The notes beneath the pieces were generated by a model. It ran no database searches and was not told where the DNA came from. It saw only the letters and a program-made list of their open reading frames with translations. Made by a program: the position numbers and the translations under genes. This document shows positions 23,101-32,549 of a stretch of DNA of 64,000 nucleotides, piece by piece; within the stretch, counting starts at the first letter, position 1; the number at the start of each line of letters is the position of its first letter. The DNA comes from Rhynchopus sp. YZ270_cl-10 (lineage: Eukaryota). The stretch spans positions 1,054,001 through 1,118,000 of the forward strand of contig OZ037842.1 of NCBI GenBank assembly GCA_964035575.1, written 5' to 3'.

Positions 23101-24301
23101 AGTCTACACAACGCAGCGTGGTGCTGCACTGCAGAAGCGCACAAACAGCCCTTCGCCCACACGACCCACACGACCCAGGTCAGCATCCCCTCCACCGCCA
23201 CAGGGGAGGGACAGACGCCAGCCCCACGCCCAGCCAGGAAAGCGATCCTTCATCCCCACAGCGCGTCCGTCCCAACCTGTCTCCCTTCGTGCGGGGTCGC
23301 CGAGCAAGCGGCGTGTGGCAGCCCCAGCCGCACGGACACGCCACACCACGCACACGGCCTCTGCGAACGTGGGTGCAGACGAGTTCCTGTCCTCCCCTGG
23401 TGAGCACCCACACGCATCGGGGACACTGACGGGCACACCCTTCTCGTACAAGACGTTCTCGTCCAACGCAACACCTGCATCGGGGTCGACACGTGAGTAC
23501 CAGTCGACGCAGATGGCCTCCCCTGCGTGGCCTGGCGAGGCACAGGGTACATTGCTCCCATCACCACCACCACCACCACGTGGCGCACACCACGCAGTAC
23601 GCGTGCAGGAGACTGTCGCAATGGACGAAAACTTTGTCGATGCAGACGGCATGGTGCGGCTGCTGTCGATGGGCAAGCAGCGTCGCCTGCCTGTCGCCTC
23701 CGCACGTCAGCAGAAGGAGCAGCTCCACAAGCTCCGCACAGCGCCACGCAAGCAGGCGCCCACCACTTCGCTCGACGAGCGTGCGGTTGTCCTTCCGGAG
23801 GCGGCTTCCATCGACGACGAGGACGCAGCGGAGATCAGCAAGGCCTTGCTGTCCCTTCCGACGCAGGAGGCGAAGGGCAAGAAGGCGCCGCCACGGCGGA
23901 GGGAGCTTGTCGGCCTCGATGCTGTTGCACGCTTCCTTGGCCACGACATCAGCATGAGCGACGGCGAGGACACCTCGCGGGAGGAGATCCTGCACGACGG
24001 GAGCTTTGAGTCCCTGAACGAGCATATCCATGCGGAGGTGGAGCGTGCGGTGCGCAACACCTCTGCCACAGGAGTCACCCTCAACACAGGCCCGCTGCGT
24101 GCTGCCACGACACACCCGCACAGCAGCAGTCCCAGCAGGACGGCGCTTGAGCACCCTGAGTGGGACGCCAGTGAGGGCCTCGCGCTGGGCGAGGAGGAGC
24201 AGGCGTCGTTGATCCACATGTTGGAGGGCGACGCACCAAAGGCGCTGCCAAGAGGGGGCAGGCCCTTTGTGGTGACAGGGTCGCCGCCAAGATGTCGTTA
24301 G
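20135..24301 (+). CDS. Large hypothetical, mostly low-complexity protein (~1390 aa) with P.I / ERL repeats
   Basis: Long ORF with coding-like composition. Repeated motifs HPEIT..ERLY, EPVIGKRSRQLA, ERLFKD and FKPDL. The C-terminal half is Ser/Pro/Arg-rich. First ATG at 20135. Confidence 0.8.
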   Translation: MSDSDAKSLDTLVEELWASTEAARTATDEELTADETREAELAALAKEDALFQLAGLLESHPELFEGASQSEMYNRGQEWKRSKEKKVQKLRVDREKVSSHGVRGQPRISKHSKATIEKLLEEGAWPHFVERMSLHHAVKQQKQHRTAAWQDMHEILADTHAHHPEITGKAATLQRNGPAGERLYSLRHKHIKERSYPHGAPSSSWSNAELSTYLRDHPKEVDTIRKCLPGGFLSSASRQLSEQHVQRSGISHWERLTAHPAKGQSQQQQQQHNPAGLNVTPDLDTTCEPVIGKRSRQLAEERLLRTGETDTSLWRRLSKPIPTLQHPPKGNPVPVINHHTATMGNEVLEARVAMDVHERLFKDHEDMARGKEMRRERLAKSQTSLPNERRDQLRKHTQHIVTSGDISTRSREWTANAEKRREQLRDEQRKKEDEELLFKPDLKGARSMSVDKKKEKEEQREKDRAATQERRRGASSHRRRNSPSRTTSPQPTPRGNVSFASQNSSIVVGPASATAPAAMPAASAATSSLSLDTATPTTTPRRSSNGQKKRHPSPPSPAQLRGHKDVSFESGYSDGRYSVGKGSPTRSHSRSRSRSQASERSEMDFPVDTPSDGVLEMSTSGIMSALAKRQDEGRRRRNQEAVHVTYGSPLSPRSPQSAHSRGSQKSITSPRSAQSDGSPRLVVEMHEDFDFTDFVPDVVQNVEREARHSRLDRDNTEQAKDLASSILRQLDEQHGKKLSTPRRSPEQRRSPEQRHTADYYEVDTDVSVGHSVSPSSAAKLRVEQVVRTPKSGAQIHIHQGRSPSPVDMYNSAVAGAQHVEGWAVPRVSHDMVLPSTPMRQVGDSGVLVEGEADGGGEDALEQTVQQHHRHHHQQQQQQQRSGYATGLEAVGSKSATDRQHIERKRGAEQARQREEGHSVHAQRQHPRHQSPGQTTHPGALKNHTHTSYAAVHHHPEEAHHGLHGAEHTEGPLYTGQAYEPMPPRASDATVYTTQRGAALQKRTNSPSPTRPTRPRSASPPPPQGRDRRQPHAQPGKRSFIPTARPSQPVSLRAGSPSKRRVAAPAARTRHTTHTASANVGADEFLSSPGEHPHASGTLTGTPFSYKTFSSNATPASGSTREYQSTQMASPAWPGEAQGTLLPSPPPPPRGAHHAVRVQETVAMDENFVDADGMVRLLSMGKQRRLPVASARQQKEQLHKLRTAPRKQAPTTSLDERAVVLPEAASIDDEDAAEISKALLSLPTQEAKGKKAPPRRRELVGLDAVARFLGHDISMSDGEDTSREEILHDGSFESLNEHIHAEVERAVRNTSATGVTLNTGPLRAATTHPHSSSPSRTALEHPEWDASEGLALGEEEQASLIHMLEGDAPKALPRGGRPFVVTGSPPRCR

Positions 24302-24667
24302 CAGCGTTGTCGAGGATGAGAACGTGTCTTGAGAATCGCCTTTGGCGAATTGGAACCTCTCTTGAGAGAGGCTGTTGATGCTATAGTTGTCTTGCCTTCA
24401 CCCATTCCCACATAGTGTACAAAACCCCACCCCAGCAAGACTGTTATCGGTAGTATTGCTTTCTTCTTTTTTCTGATTAGAGCTTTTGTGTCAACAACTG
24501 TACGTGCATTCAAAAATAAACGAGGTCTGCATTGCACATTAACGAACGAACCTTTCAAACTAAAGGGAATGTGCGGTGGTTCTGCTTTGCCCTTCCTCCT
24601 CCCCTCCCCTCCCCTCCCCTCCACCTCGCACCTCGTATCCACACTCCAGATACAATACTTCTCAAGC

Positions 24668-25243
24668 ATGAAGAAGCGCAACACAATTGTCCCTCCTACG
24701 CTGCTGCACACACAGAATGGGTGTTTGCAGTTCTCTGTTCATAAAATCAGTGCTGCGATAATACCGGAGATTGCGCCGTCGCTGCCGCAGGTGTCGAGTG
24801 CAGATGTGAAGCGTGTTTTTGTGGTGCCGACGTTTCAGAAGTGCGGGTGTGCTGTGATTGACTTTACCCCTGAGGCTGCTGTTGAGAAGGACAGGCTGCT
24901 GGAAACGTTTGTGCAGTTTGCGTCTGGCGTGCAGCGATACGTGCAGGCGCAGGACGAGGCGTACTGGTGCGACTACGTGGACCCATGCACAGGGTACGTC
25001 TCGGTGCGGGGTGCCTCTCCGTACTGCGAGACCTCGGCCATGGAGTCCTTTCTGCCCTACTGCCGCGAGCATGTCGGCACAAGCGCTGGGGGGTGTAGCA
25101 TGATCTCCCACCCGCAGTGGGGCCTCTCGTGCTACCCTGCAACGCTGTTTGCGTTGTGTCCGGTGGAGGTTCTGATGGAGGGCATCAAGCACGCAGAGAC
25201 AGAGCAGCTTGACTCGGAAGGTTCGAGTGAGGAGACGAAGTGA
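24668..25243 (+). CDS. MMADHC: MMADHC/CblD-like cobalamin trafficking protein
   Basis: EKDRLLETFVQFA, YWCDYVDPCTG and GCSMISHPQWG..YPATLF match the CblD family pattern. Confidence 0.85.
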   Translation: MKKRNTIVPPTLLHTQNGCLQFSVHKISAAIIPEIAPSLPQVSSADVKRVFVVPTFQKCGCAVIDFTPEAAVEKDRLLETFVQFASGVQRYVQAQDEAYWCDYVDPCTGYVSVRGASPYCETSAMESFLPYCREHVGTSAGGCSMISHPQWGLSCYPATLFALCPVEVLMEGIKHAETEQLDSEGSSEETK

Positions 25244-25955
25244 GGCTGATGACAGATGCGATAGACTGTTGTGGTAGGTGTGAGGCATGAGCTCAGTGTC
25301 GCCACGAAGGAGCTTGCTGCGGGTGTATCACCATCCTGCTTGTTACTTGCGTTGTGTTTGATCACATGGCATACTTACTGTTGCTACATTTTGCAGTGTG
25401 TTTGTACCAAAGGTCATGCGAAGCTCTGAGGTGCGATACGTCTTCGAGTTTCGACGTTCGACGTTCGACGTGCCCATCAAAACGATTTTCATTGTTGCAT
25501 TGTTTTCAAGGGGTTCCCCCTTTTTTATTTGTCTGCGCCGACAGAGGCGTTTGCACTTCACACCTTTGTTAACCACATCATTTGTTTGCGTACGTGCAGC
25601 ACCTTTGTTTATGGTTACGCTTCGCTGGCCACAGCATGCGCCACAAGGTGCCCTCTTCACCAGGTTCGTTGTCTCAGCTGCACACGGGCAGTGTTTGCAA
25701 ACAAATGTTAGTGCGAGATGTGCACACGAAGCTTTTAAGTTTCTTTGTTTCCTCATTTTTGTGTGAAAAAGATGTGCATCTTAGAGACCTGTTCACCCTG
25801 CAAGGTCATTAATTCACGTGTCTGCATCCAAGAGGTCTGTACGTTAGTGTGTGACACTCAGACTGGACTGTTTCATGTGGATTCCCCTAACACACAATGT
25901 TCACGATTTTTGGCCCCCCCTTTTTTTTTTTTGGTCGGTACTTTCGTTTCTTGTT

Positions 25956-25988
25956 AGGTGACTGAGCACGAGAGTCCTAGGTGCATCT
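25956..25988 (+). repeat. Short dispersed hairpin motif, family A, copy 2
   Basis: aggtgactgagcacgagagtcctaggtgcatct. Confidence 0.55.
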
Positions 25989-26531
25989 TATCGAGCTTTT
26001 CTATTAATCAATGCAACTCGTATGTGTTGTCTATATATTGCCACCTGCCGTTTGCAGAGTGCATAGTGTTGTGTGTGCATCTTTTGTGATGACTGTCAGT
26101 CGGCAACGAAGTGGTGTATTGCCCAAACAGCTAACACAGGCTCAAAACCACTGCTGCGAGGTAACAGCGCAGCCCTGTTATAATCAGAAAAACGAACGTC
26201 ATATTACCATCACTTATGGGCGCCGCTCCCCTAACACGGGCGTGCTCAGCGACCTTAAGTATGTCTTCCTTGTGTTTTAGTTTTCTTTGCACCCAAACGT
26301 CTCATTTGGGTCCTATGCAGAATGTATTCTGTTTCTGTGTGGTATATTTCGCCATGTCTTTCCCCTAAAGAAACCCTGTTCCATGCAGCTAAGTAGAATA
26401 GTAAGATTAAGAACGAAGAAATAAGGTCACCTCTGTCCCTCTTTTCCCTTCCTCTTCCACCGTGCACACACACACCGCAACACAACACCCAACAGAATTT
26501 GCTGAAAACACAAGACCCACCCACCTTCACA

Positions 26532-27491
26532 ATGCTGCGTGTGTTTGCTGCTCTCGGATGTGTGATGTTGGTTCAGGGGTCTGGCTTCTGTCTCGACAAG
26601 ACGGACTGTTCGGCGAGCGAGGCGTGTGTGGTGGAGACAAGCACCTGCACAACTCTTGGCCCCGTGCTTCACTTCTTCGATGTGTGCACACACAGACCGA
26701 ACTGCTGTGGTGCCTCGCTGCAGTGTGTGCACTACTTCTCCAACTCGTACTGCCTCCCGTTTGGCACGTGTGTTGAAACCCCTGCACCGACCCCTGCATG
26801 CACACCGTACACAATCCACAAGGACAGGAGGTGCCACTTCACTGAGTGCTACAACCCAGACACGTGTTCGTGTGAGCTTGACCAAGGCACCACATGCACC
26901 GAGAACCCCTGCGACAGCCCTCTTGCCTGCACAAGTGGCTTCACCTGCATGCCTGTGCAGTGCAACGGGTGCCACTTCCAGTGTGTCGAGGCTCCTCCAG
27001 CACCCGTCCCCGCCCCTGTGCCAACGATGGGGCCGTGTGAGAGCGACCTGGACTGCGGACTTGGGTGGTGGTGCAGGAGCACGAAGGGAACGGACCCGGT
27101 GACAGGGCTTGCGACATGCCTTCTGGAGGAGAAGGTGTGCACGAAGAAGCAGGACGAGGGGGCGTCGTGTGGTGGCTTCACCGTTGAGTGTGAGAGACAT
27201 GCGTGCTTGGAGGGGCTTGAGTGTGCCTGCTCGGAGCCCACATGCGACGCACCTGGTGTGTGCACACCACGTGAGTGCACAGCTGCGACACCTGCCCAGA
27301 CGTGTGAGACAGGATGCTGGAACCCTGCCCTGTGTGAGTGTGGGAACTTCCCCCCTCTTCCCTGCGCCAGGTTCATGTGTGACGGTGTTGACTGTGGTGA
27401 AGGGAAGCACTGTGTTGAGCAGGTGACATGTGGGGTGTGCAGGACGATCTGTGTCGATGGTGCAAGCCCACCGACACCCCCGCTTATCTGA
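26532..27491 (+). CDS. Secreted cysteine-rich protein
   Basis: Signal peptide MLRVFAALGCVMLVQGSG, very high Cys content, Pro-rich linkers (PAPTPA, PAPVPAPVPT). Confidence 0.8.
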   Translation: MLRVFAALGCVMLVQGSGFCLDKTDCSASEACVVETSTCTTLGPVLHFFDVCTHRPNCCGASLQCVHYFSNSYCLPFGTCVETPAPTPACTPYTIHKDRRCHFTECYNPDTCSCELDQGTTCTENPCDSPLACTSGFTCMPVQCNGCHFQCVEAPPAPVPAPVPTMGPCESDLDCGLGWWCRSTKGTDPVTGLATCLLEEKVCTKKQDEGASCGGFTVECERHACLEGLECACSEPTCDAPGVCTPRECTAATPAQTCETGCWNPALCECGNFPPLPCARFMCDGVDCGEGKHCVEQVTCGVCRTICVDGASPPTPPLI

Positions 27492-28139
27492 GCTTAGCCT
27501 GTGCCACTTCCCTTCCCTACCACCCCTTTTTAGATGTGAAGCCTGCCTGTCGATGCAGCGACACCCAAAAAATGGCGGCCAGTGGCCAACCTGAGACGGG
27601 CTGTCTACAAGCATTGTGTTTGCAAACCCTGATAATCACACTTGCGTATCTGTTCTTTTTTTGCGGATGTGATGCGTTCGGGGAAAGCAAACTTAGGCTA
27701 CATTATCTGCTCCAGCCTTTCTATGAAAGATGTGTGTCACTCAAACCACATTCATCTCTCAGGATATCTTTGTTTATTTGCTTTTCTTTGTTGACTGCCT
27801 GCGTCCCAGAGGCGTTTGCATTATCATTCTTCTTTTTGCAGATGTCCACATCCGTGAGGACAGTGCATCTTGCTGATTTCCCTTTGATACATTGTTTTGC
27901 TGTGCCACACCAATGGCTGAAACAATGATTCTTTGTGATGCCCTTTTTATATCCCATCCTGCGAAGCATCGTTTGTGTGTTAACACTGAATCGCTAAAGT
28001 AGTCAAACAAACCACAGACACACCCACCTACCCTTGGCCACTTCCTCATACCCTTCACCTTCACCCCTAACCCTTACCCTACCTCCATCAGGCGCAAACC
28101 TCTTACCTCTTTCCGTTCACCCTTTTCACCCTTTGTGCA

Positions 28140-31100
28140 ATGTCACGCCGCAGCCCAAAGAGAGATGCACCAAAGGCGAAGGAAGAGACAGCAGACGACA
28201 AAAAGCTTGTCCGTTCGGATGTGATGTTTGGGAAGCTGTTGTGGCACCCTACGATTGACCAGGACACGATAGAGGTGGGCTACACAGACAGGTTCATTGG
28301 CCTGAAGTGGGTTGCCCTGAGAAAGTGGCACCAAGGCGGGAAGAACGACTTTGATTCGATTCCGTGGCACAGAGTGCAGCAGTACCGTGCGAGCGGTGTG
28401 GTGTTTTGGGACAGAGAGACGAGACTTGACCTGACGAAGGAGCTCTTCAACGGGACGCTTGAGGCTGCACCTTCTGCAGGGCCTAAGGTGGCGTCTTCGG
28501 GGGCGTCGAAGGGGCGCATATCCTTCCCCCATACGAAGAGCACATACCTGTCGGCGTTCAACCCCGATACCGGTGTGTGGGAGCCACAGGAGTTTTCGCG
28601 GACGGAGCCTGCGGACGACCAGCCTGCTGGTGCAAAGCTGCGAATGGCGTCGTGGAACGTTCTGTTTGGGAAGTACTTTGAAGACGCGTTTGTGCTGCGT
28701 GGGGCACAGCGGTACGACCGCCTTCTTGGTGTGGTTGCGCAGGCAGGGGTGGACGTTGTGTGTTTGCAGGAGTGCGACAGCGTCTTCACGGAGCACCTCC
28801 TGCAGCACGCAGGGGTGCGGCAGAACTACTTCCTGACGGACCACACTGCCGTGAAGGGCGGGTCGGACTCGATTCTGATGGTGTCGAAGACGAGTGCGGC
28901 CTCTGTGAAGTGTGCGAAGCACTACTCGTTCAACCCGAATGTGCACGCGGTGCTCCTGGACATGAAGTTGGAGGGTGTGCCGGTGAGCGTTGTGGGTCTG
29001 CACCTCACGTCGGACATGGCTGCGCAGGCCCAGGAGAAGCGTGCAAAGCAGATCAGCGGGATGATGGACCTTGTGCGGAAGGTGCCAAACGCATTTCTGA
29101 TTGGCGACTACAACTTTGGGGAGGGCCCTGAGGACGATGCAACTGACTGGGGCAACTTCCAGGACGCGTTCCTGGTGAAGCACGGCAGGGGCGGTGCTGT
29201 GGACACGTTCACACCGGAGCGGAACCCACTTGCGTCGATCAACTCCAGGTCGGGCCTGTCGCGTCGTCTTGACAGGGTTATGTTCCGAGCGGCGGACGTT
29301 GCTGTGGAGAGCATCGACGTGATTGGGGACAGCGTGTCGTCGTGGGTGCAGCCCCACGACAGCGCGCAGTTCGCAACGAAGGGGCACACGGACGTCGCCC
29401 CAGGTGCAGATGTGGAGCAGGTGCAGGTCATTGTGCGGGGGCCGCAGTGCAGCGGGAAGTCTGTGCTGAGCCAGAGGCTGTGCACGGCAGTGGACGGGGC
29501 CTTTGTGAGCATGGATGCGAAGTCGACGACACGCAACTTCCTGACGCGCCTGAGCGCTGCTGTGAAGGGGGGGAGCAGATGCATTGTTGCAGACGCAGCG
29601 CACATGTCGGTTGAGGAGCTGCAGACGACAGTAAACGTGCTGCGGAGCAGCGGGAAGGCGGGCTTGGTGGTGCTTGTGGATGTGCAGACGCCGCAGGAGT
29701 GTTGTGCAGACCGCCTGCGGACGCGCGACTCTGAACTAGGAGAGAAGGCGGACTGGCTTCTGGGCGCCACGATGCATGCACACCAGATGTCGCTGCGTGC
29801 GCATGGCGTGGACGACACTGGCGGGCTGCCGCATGTGGACCTGCACACAACGGTGTCGGGGTGTGCGTCCTGCGAGGAGCAGATGACACGCCTCGTGGGC
29901 GAGGTGAATGCGGCGATTGTGGGGCGTGTGGGGGCACACAGCGGTGCGGCCTCCTTCTTCGCAACCCCCAATGCGTTTGACAAAGCACCACCTGCATGCG
30001 TTGCAGGCCCGCTGCTGCCGCTTCTGCCACAGAGCGACCACTACGGCCTCCTCCTGCAGGTGGCGGTGTGTGCAGAGCAGGCAGACGACGGCCTCGTGTG
30101 GGGGAGGGAGGGCAACATGGTAGAGGGGGCGAGGGCTGCGCCGCTCCCTGCCTACACCGGTGGGTACCACAGGACGTGCGCGCTTGCGTTGGTGGTGTCT
30201 GAGGCTGTGGCGGCACGGCGCCTGCGCGGCATCAGCGGGACGTACCTGAAGAGCGCGAAGCACTGGCCTGTGCACATGAACATCATGTGGCCCTTCGTGG
30301 AGAAGGAGGCGTGGCCCGAAGCACGCCTGCTTCTGGAGGAGGCGGTCAGGGAGGCCGACATGGCGCCGTTCCGCCTGAACCTGAGCAGAATCCACACAAA
30401 GAAGGACAAGGAGCGCGGGAGGGTCATCATGTACCTGGCCCCAGGCGACGAGGACGACTGCTTCATCCGGCGCCTGCGGAAGAGTGTCAAGACGCGTTTC
30501 CCGAACGAAGAGGAACGCGACTTTGAGGCACATCTGTCGCTTGGCGTCACTACCGCAAAGGAGGCTGATGCGGTGCTCGCTGACTTCAAGAAGAGCCTTG
30601 CGGGCCGTGCGGACAGCGAAGGGGCGATGGTGACCGGCGTGCAGTACCTCTGCAAGAACGGGGCGACGGGGATGATGGACGTCGTGGACGAGGTGGCCTT
30701 CCCTGCCTGCAGCAGCGATGTGGACGTGCTCTCGAACCTCTGGACACACGAGCCCGAAGCCACCCTTGCCGCTGTGTCGACCCCGCGCTGGCTCCTCGAG
30801 CCGCACCCGCTTGGGGGACGGCGGCAGCTCGACACGTACACACCACAGGACGCGCTGGAGACGTTCTTTCTGCACCTGACAGCGAAGCTGGTGAAGTCGC
30901 AGGGCCAGGCGAAGGTTGCACAGCTCCTGGACACGGCACCGACGCACATCTGCCAGAAGGGCGGACGCTACTACATCCCCGACGGCTACGTGGACGAGTA
31001 CCTGCGCTACTGGCGTGCGAGCTTCGAGGGGGGCGCAGACTTCTACATGGAAGAGGTGCGTGGGGCAGTGTTCCGGTGCTACGTCGACATCGACATGCTC

Positions 31101-32015
31101 TCGCTTGAGGAGGTGCCGTTTGACCTGATGGGGTCTGGGTGGCTTGACGGCATCCTTGGCTTTGCGGCGGAGTTCTTTGAGAAGCGCAGCCTTGCCGCAG
31201 TGGTGATGGACTGCCACGGCGCGTGGGCATCGGTGCCACGTCCGGACGTGAGGTTCAAGTCTGGCTTCCGCATCTACTTCCTTGACATGTACGTCAACTT
31301 CCAGACCTACAAACGGTTTGTGTCGGGCCTGCAGGAGCGCTTCATGCAGGAGGTGAAGACGTACCCGGGCATGCCAGAGGGCGGCCTTGAGGAGGTGATT
31401 GACATGCACTCTGTGGACTGGGAGCGGGGCCGTCTTGTGGGGACCAAGAAGCGGCGCAAGAACATTGCAAGGGTGTACAGGCTTCTCGCTGCCGTTGCGT
31501 ACACAGCAGGGCGGGAGGCGCCTGTGAGTGAGGCCGCTTCGCTGTCTGCGTTCCTGAAGGCAAACCCAGAGGAACTTCTGTACGCCACGACACTGCGGAT
31601 GTGGCAGACACCCTCGTTTGCACACTCACCAGAGACACTTGTCCCGCACACCCTGCAGCAGTACTGGCGTGCCATTGTGCCTGAGTACGGCGCCACCTCT
31701 GCCTTCACACAGCTCGACCTGCTCCACCTCAAAGCAGCTCCCTTCAACGCAGCAGCGCAGGCGTCGCACCTCGACGCCAACACAGTGGTCGTGGGCCACG
31801 ACAGGCCAGCGGGGCTCTCGCAGTACCCCTTCATCTCGCTCTCGTCGCTTTATGAAGACATGTTTGGTGTTGCCTATCCAGAAGAGGAGCAGCGCGACAT
31901 TGCGCTGGTCGAGCAGCTGACGGACGCACTCAAAAGCTACAGGGGGGACGTGTCAAAACAGACCTTGCGTGAGGCTGACTGGAGGCATCTTGTCTGCAGT
32001 GCTCGCACGTATTAG
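28140..32015 (+). CDS. Multidomain nucleic-acid end-processing protein: MJ1316 + EEP + P-loop kinase + 2H phosphoesterase + AEP primase-polymerase-like
   Basis: MJ1316: VGYTDRF..IPWHRV..FWDR. EEP: SWNVL, CLQE, HLTS, GDYN, RLDRV, SDHYG. Walker A: GPQCSGKS. 2H: PVHMNI..PF and FEAHLSLG. AEP: TH...GGRYYIP..FYMEE..FRCYVDID..KSGFRIYF..VID. Confidence 0.9.
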   Translation: MSRRSPKRDAPKAKEETADDKKLVRSDVMFGKLLWHPTIDQDTIEVGYTDRFIGLKWVALRKWHQGGKNDFDSIPWHRVQQYRASGVVFWDRETRLDLTKELFNGTLEAAPSAGPKVASSGASKGRISFPHTKSTYLSAFNPDTGVWEPQEFSRTEPADDQPAGAKLRMASWNVLFGKYFEDAFVLRGAQRYDRLLGVVAQAGVDVVCLQECDSVFTEHLLQHAGVRQNYFLTDHTAVKGGSDSILMVSKTSAASVKCAKHYSFNPNVHAVLLDMKLEGVPVSVVGLHLTSDMAAQAQEKRAKQISGMMDLVRKVPNAFLIGDYNFGEGPEDDATDWGNFQDAFLVKHGRGGAVDTFTPERNPLASINSRSGLSRRLDRVMFRAADVAVESIDVIGDSVSSWVQPHDSAQFATKGHTDVAPGADVEQVQVIVRGPQCSGKSVLSQRLCTAVDGAFVSMDAKSTTRNFLTRLSAAVKGGSRCIVADAAHMSVEELQTTVNVLRSSGKAGLVVLVDVQTPQECCADRLRTRDSELGEKADWLLGATMHAHQMSLRAHGVDDTGGLPHVDLHTTVSGCASCEEQMTRLVGEVNAAIVGRVGAHSGAASFFATPNAFDKAPPACVAGPLLPLLPQSDHYGLLLQVAVCAEQADDGLVWGREGNMVEGARAAPLPAYTGGYHRTCALALVVSEAVAARRLRGISGTYLKSAKHWPVHMNIMWPFVEKEAWPEARLLLEEAVREADMAPFRLNLSRIHTKKDKERGRVIMYLAPGDEDDCFIRRLRKSVKTRFPNEEERDFEAHLSLGVTTAKEADAVLADFKKSLAGRADSEGAMVTGVQYLCKNGATGMMDVVDEVAFPACSSDVDVLSNLWTHEPEATLAAVSTPRWLLEPHPLGGRRQLDTYTPQDALETFFLHLTAKLVKSQGQAKVAQLLDTAPTHICQKGGRYYIPDGYVDEYLRYWRASFEGGADFYMEEVRGAVFRCYVDIDMLSLEEVPFDLMGSGWLDGILGFAAEFFEKRSLAAVVMDCHGAWASVPRPDVRFKSGFRIYFLDMYVNFQTYKRFVSGLQERFMQEVKTYPGMPEGGLEEVIDMHSVDWERGRLVGTKKRRKNIARVYRLLAAVAYTAGREAPVSEAASLSAFLKANPEELLYATTLRMWQTPSFAHSPETLVPHTLQQYWRAIVPEYGATSAFTQLDLLHLKAAPFNAAAQASHLDANTVVVGHDRPAGLSQYPFISLSSLYEDMFGVAYPEEEQRDIALVEQLTDALKSYRGDVSKQTLREADWRHLVCSARTY

Positions 32016-32267
32016 TCGTGTCTCTTTACGGGTGTGCAGTCGTTGTGTGTACGTTGTGTGATGTAGTTTGTGTGTATTTTGTTATTTTTTGATTGACGCC
32101 TGTTCGGATTGCAAACTTTTCTTTTATTTTTCCCTCATACATTTTTTTAGAACAGTTGCGTTGCCATGTATCTGCGCAGGCTCTGTTTTCTAAATTGTTT
32201 GGCTTTTGGTGTACTCGCTACCGATAACACGTCTTGGACATGTTCTTTCCCAGGTTTCGGGAACACC

Positions 32268-32300
32268 AGATGACTAAGCACACGAGTCTGAGGCTCATCT
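32268..32300 (+). repeat. Short dispersed hairpin motif, family A, copy 3
   Basis: agatgactaagcacacgagtctgaggctcatct; the following ~20 nt also resemble those after copy 2. Confidence 0.5.
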
Positions 32301-32549
32301 TACCGAACGTTCTCTTTATTTTTTCTCTCTGATGTGTGTGCTGCGAAGCTCATTCGTCCTTCAAGTGGTCTTTTGCCGAACTTCTTATTTTTTTGTGATA
32401 TTTGTGTCCGTTGCACCATTTCATTACTAGCTATCAACAGAAGGGTCAACGGTCATTTAGAATCTCAAGCGTTTCGAATATTATGAATAGTGGATACGAA
32501 AAACAAAGATTATTCCGTTTTGCTTCAAAGGTTCTGACAACACCACAAA

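Noticed and set aside
28064..28083. Telomere-like CCCTAACCCT
   Set aside because: Only about 1.5 units within a pyrimidine tract upstream of a gene
28143..31625. 486-aa and 629-aa minus-strand ORFs
   Set aside because: Antisense shadows of the GC-rich 1291-aa gene; no recognisable motifs
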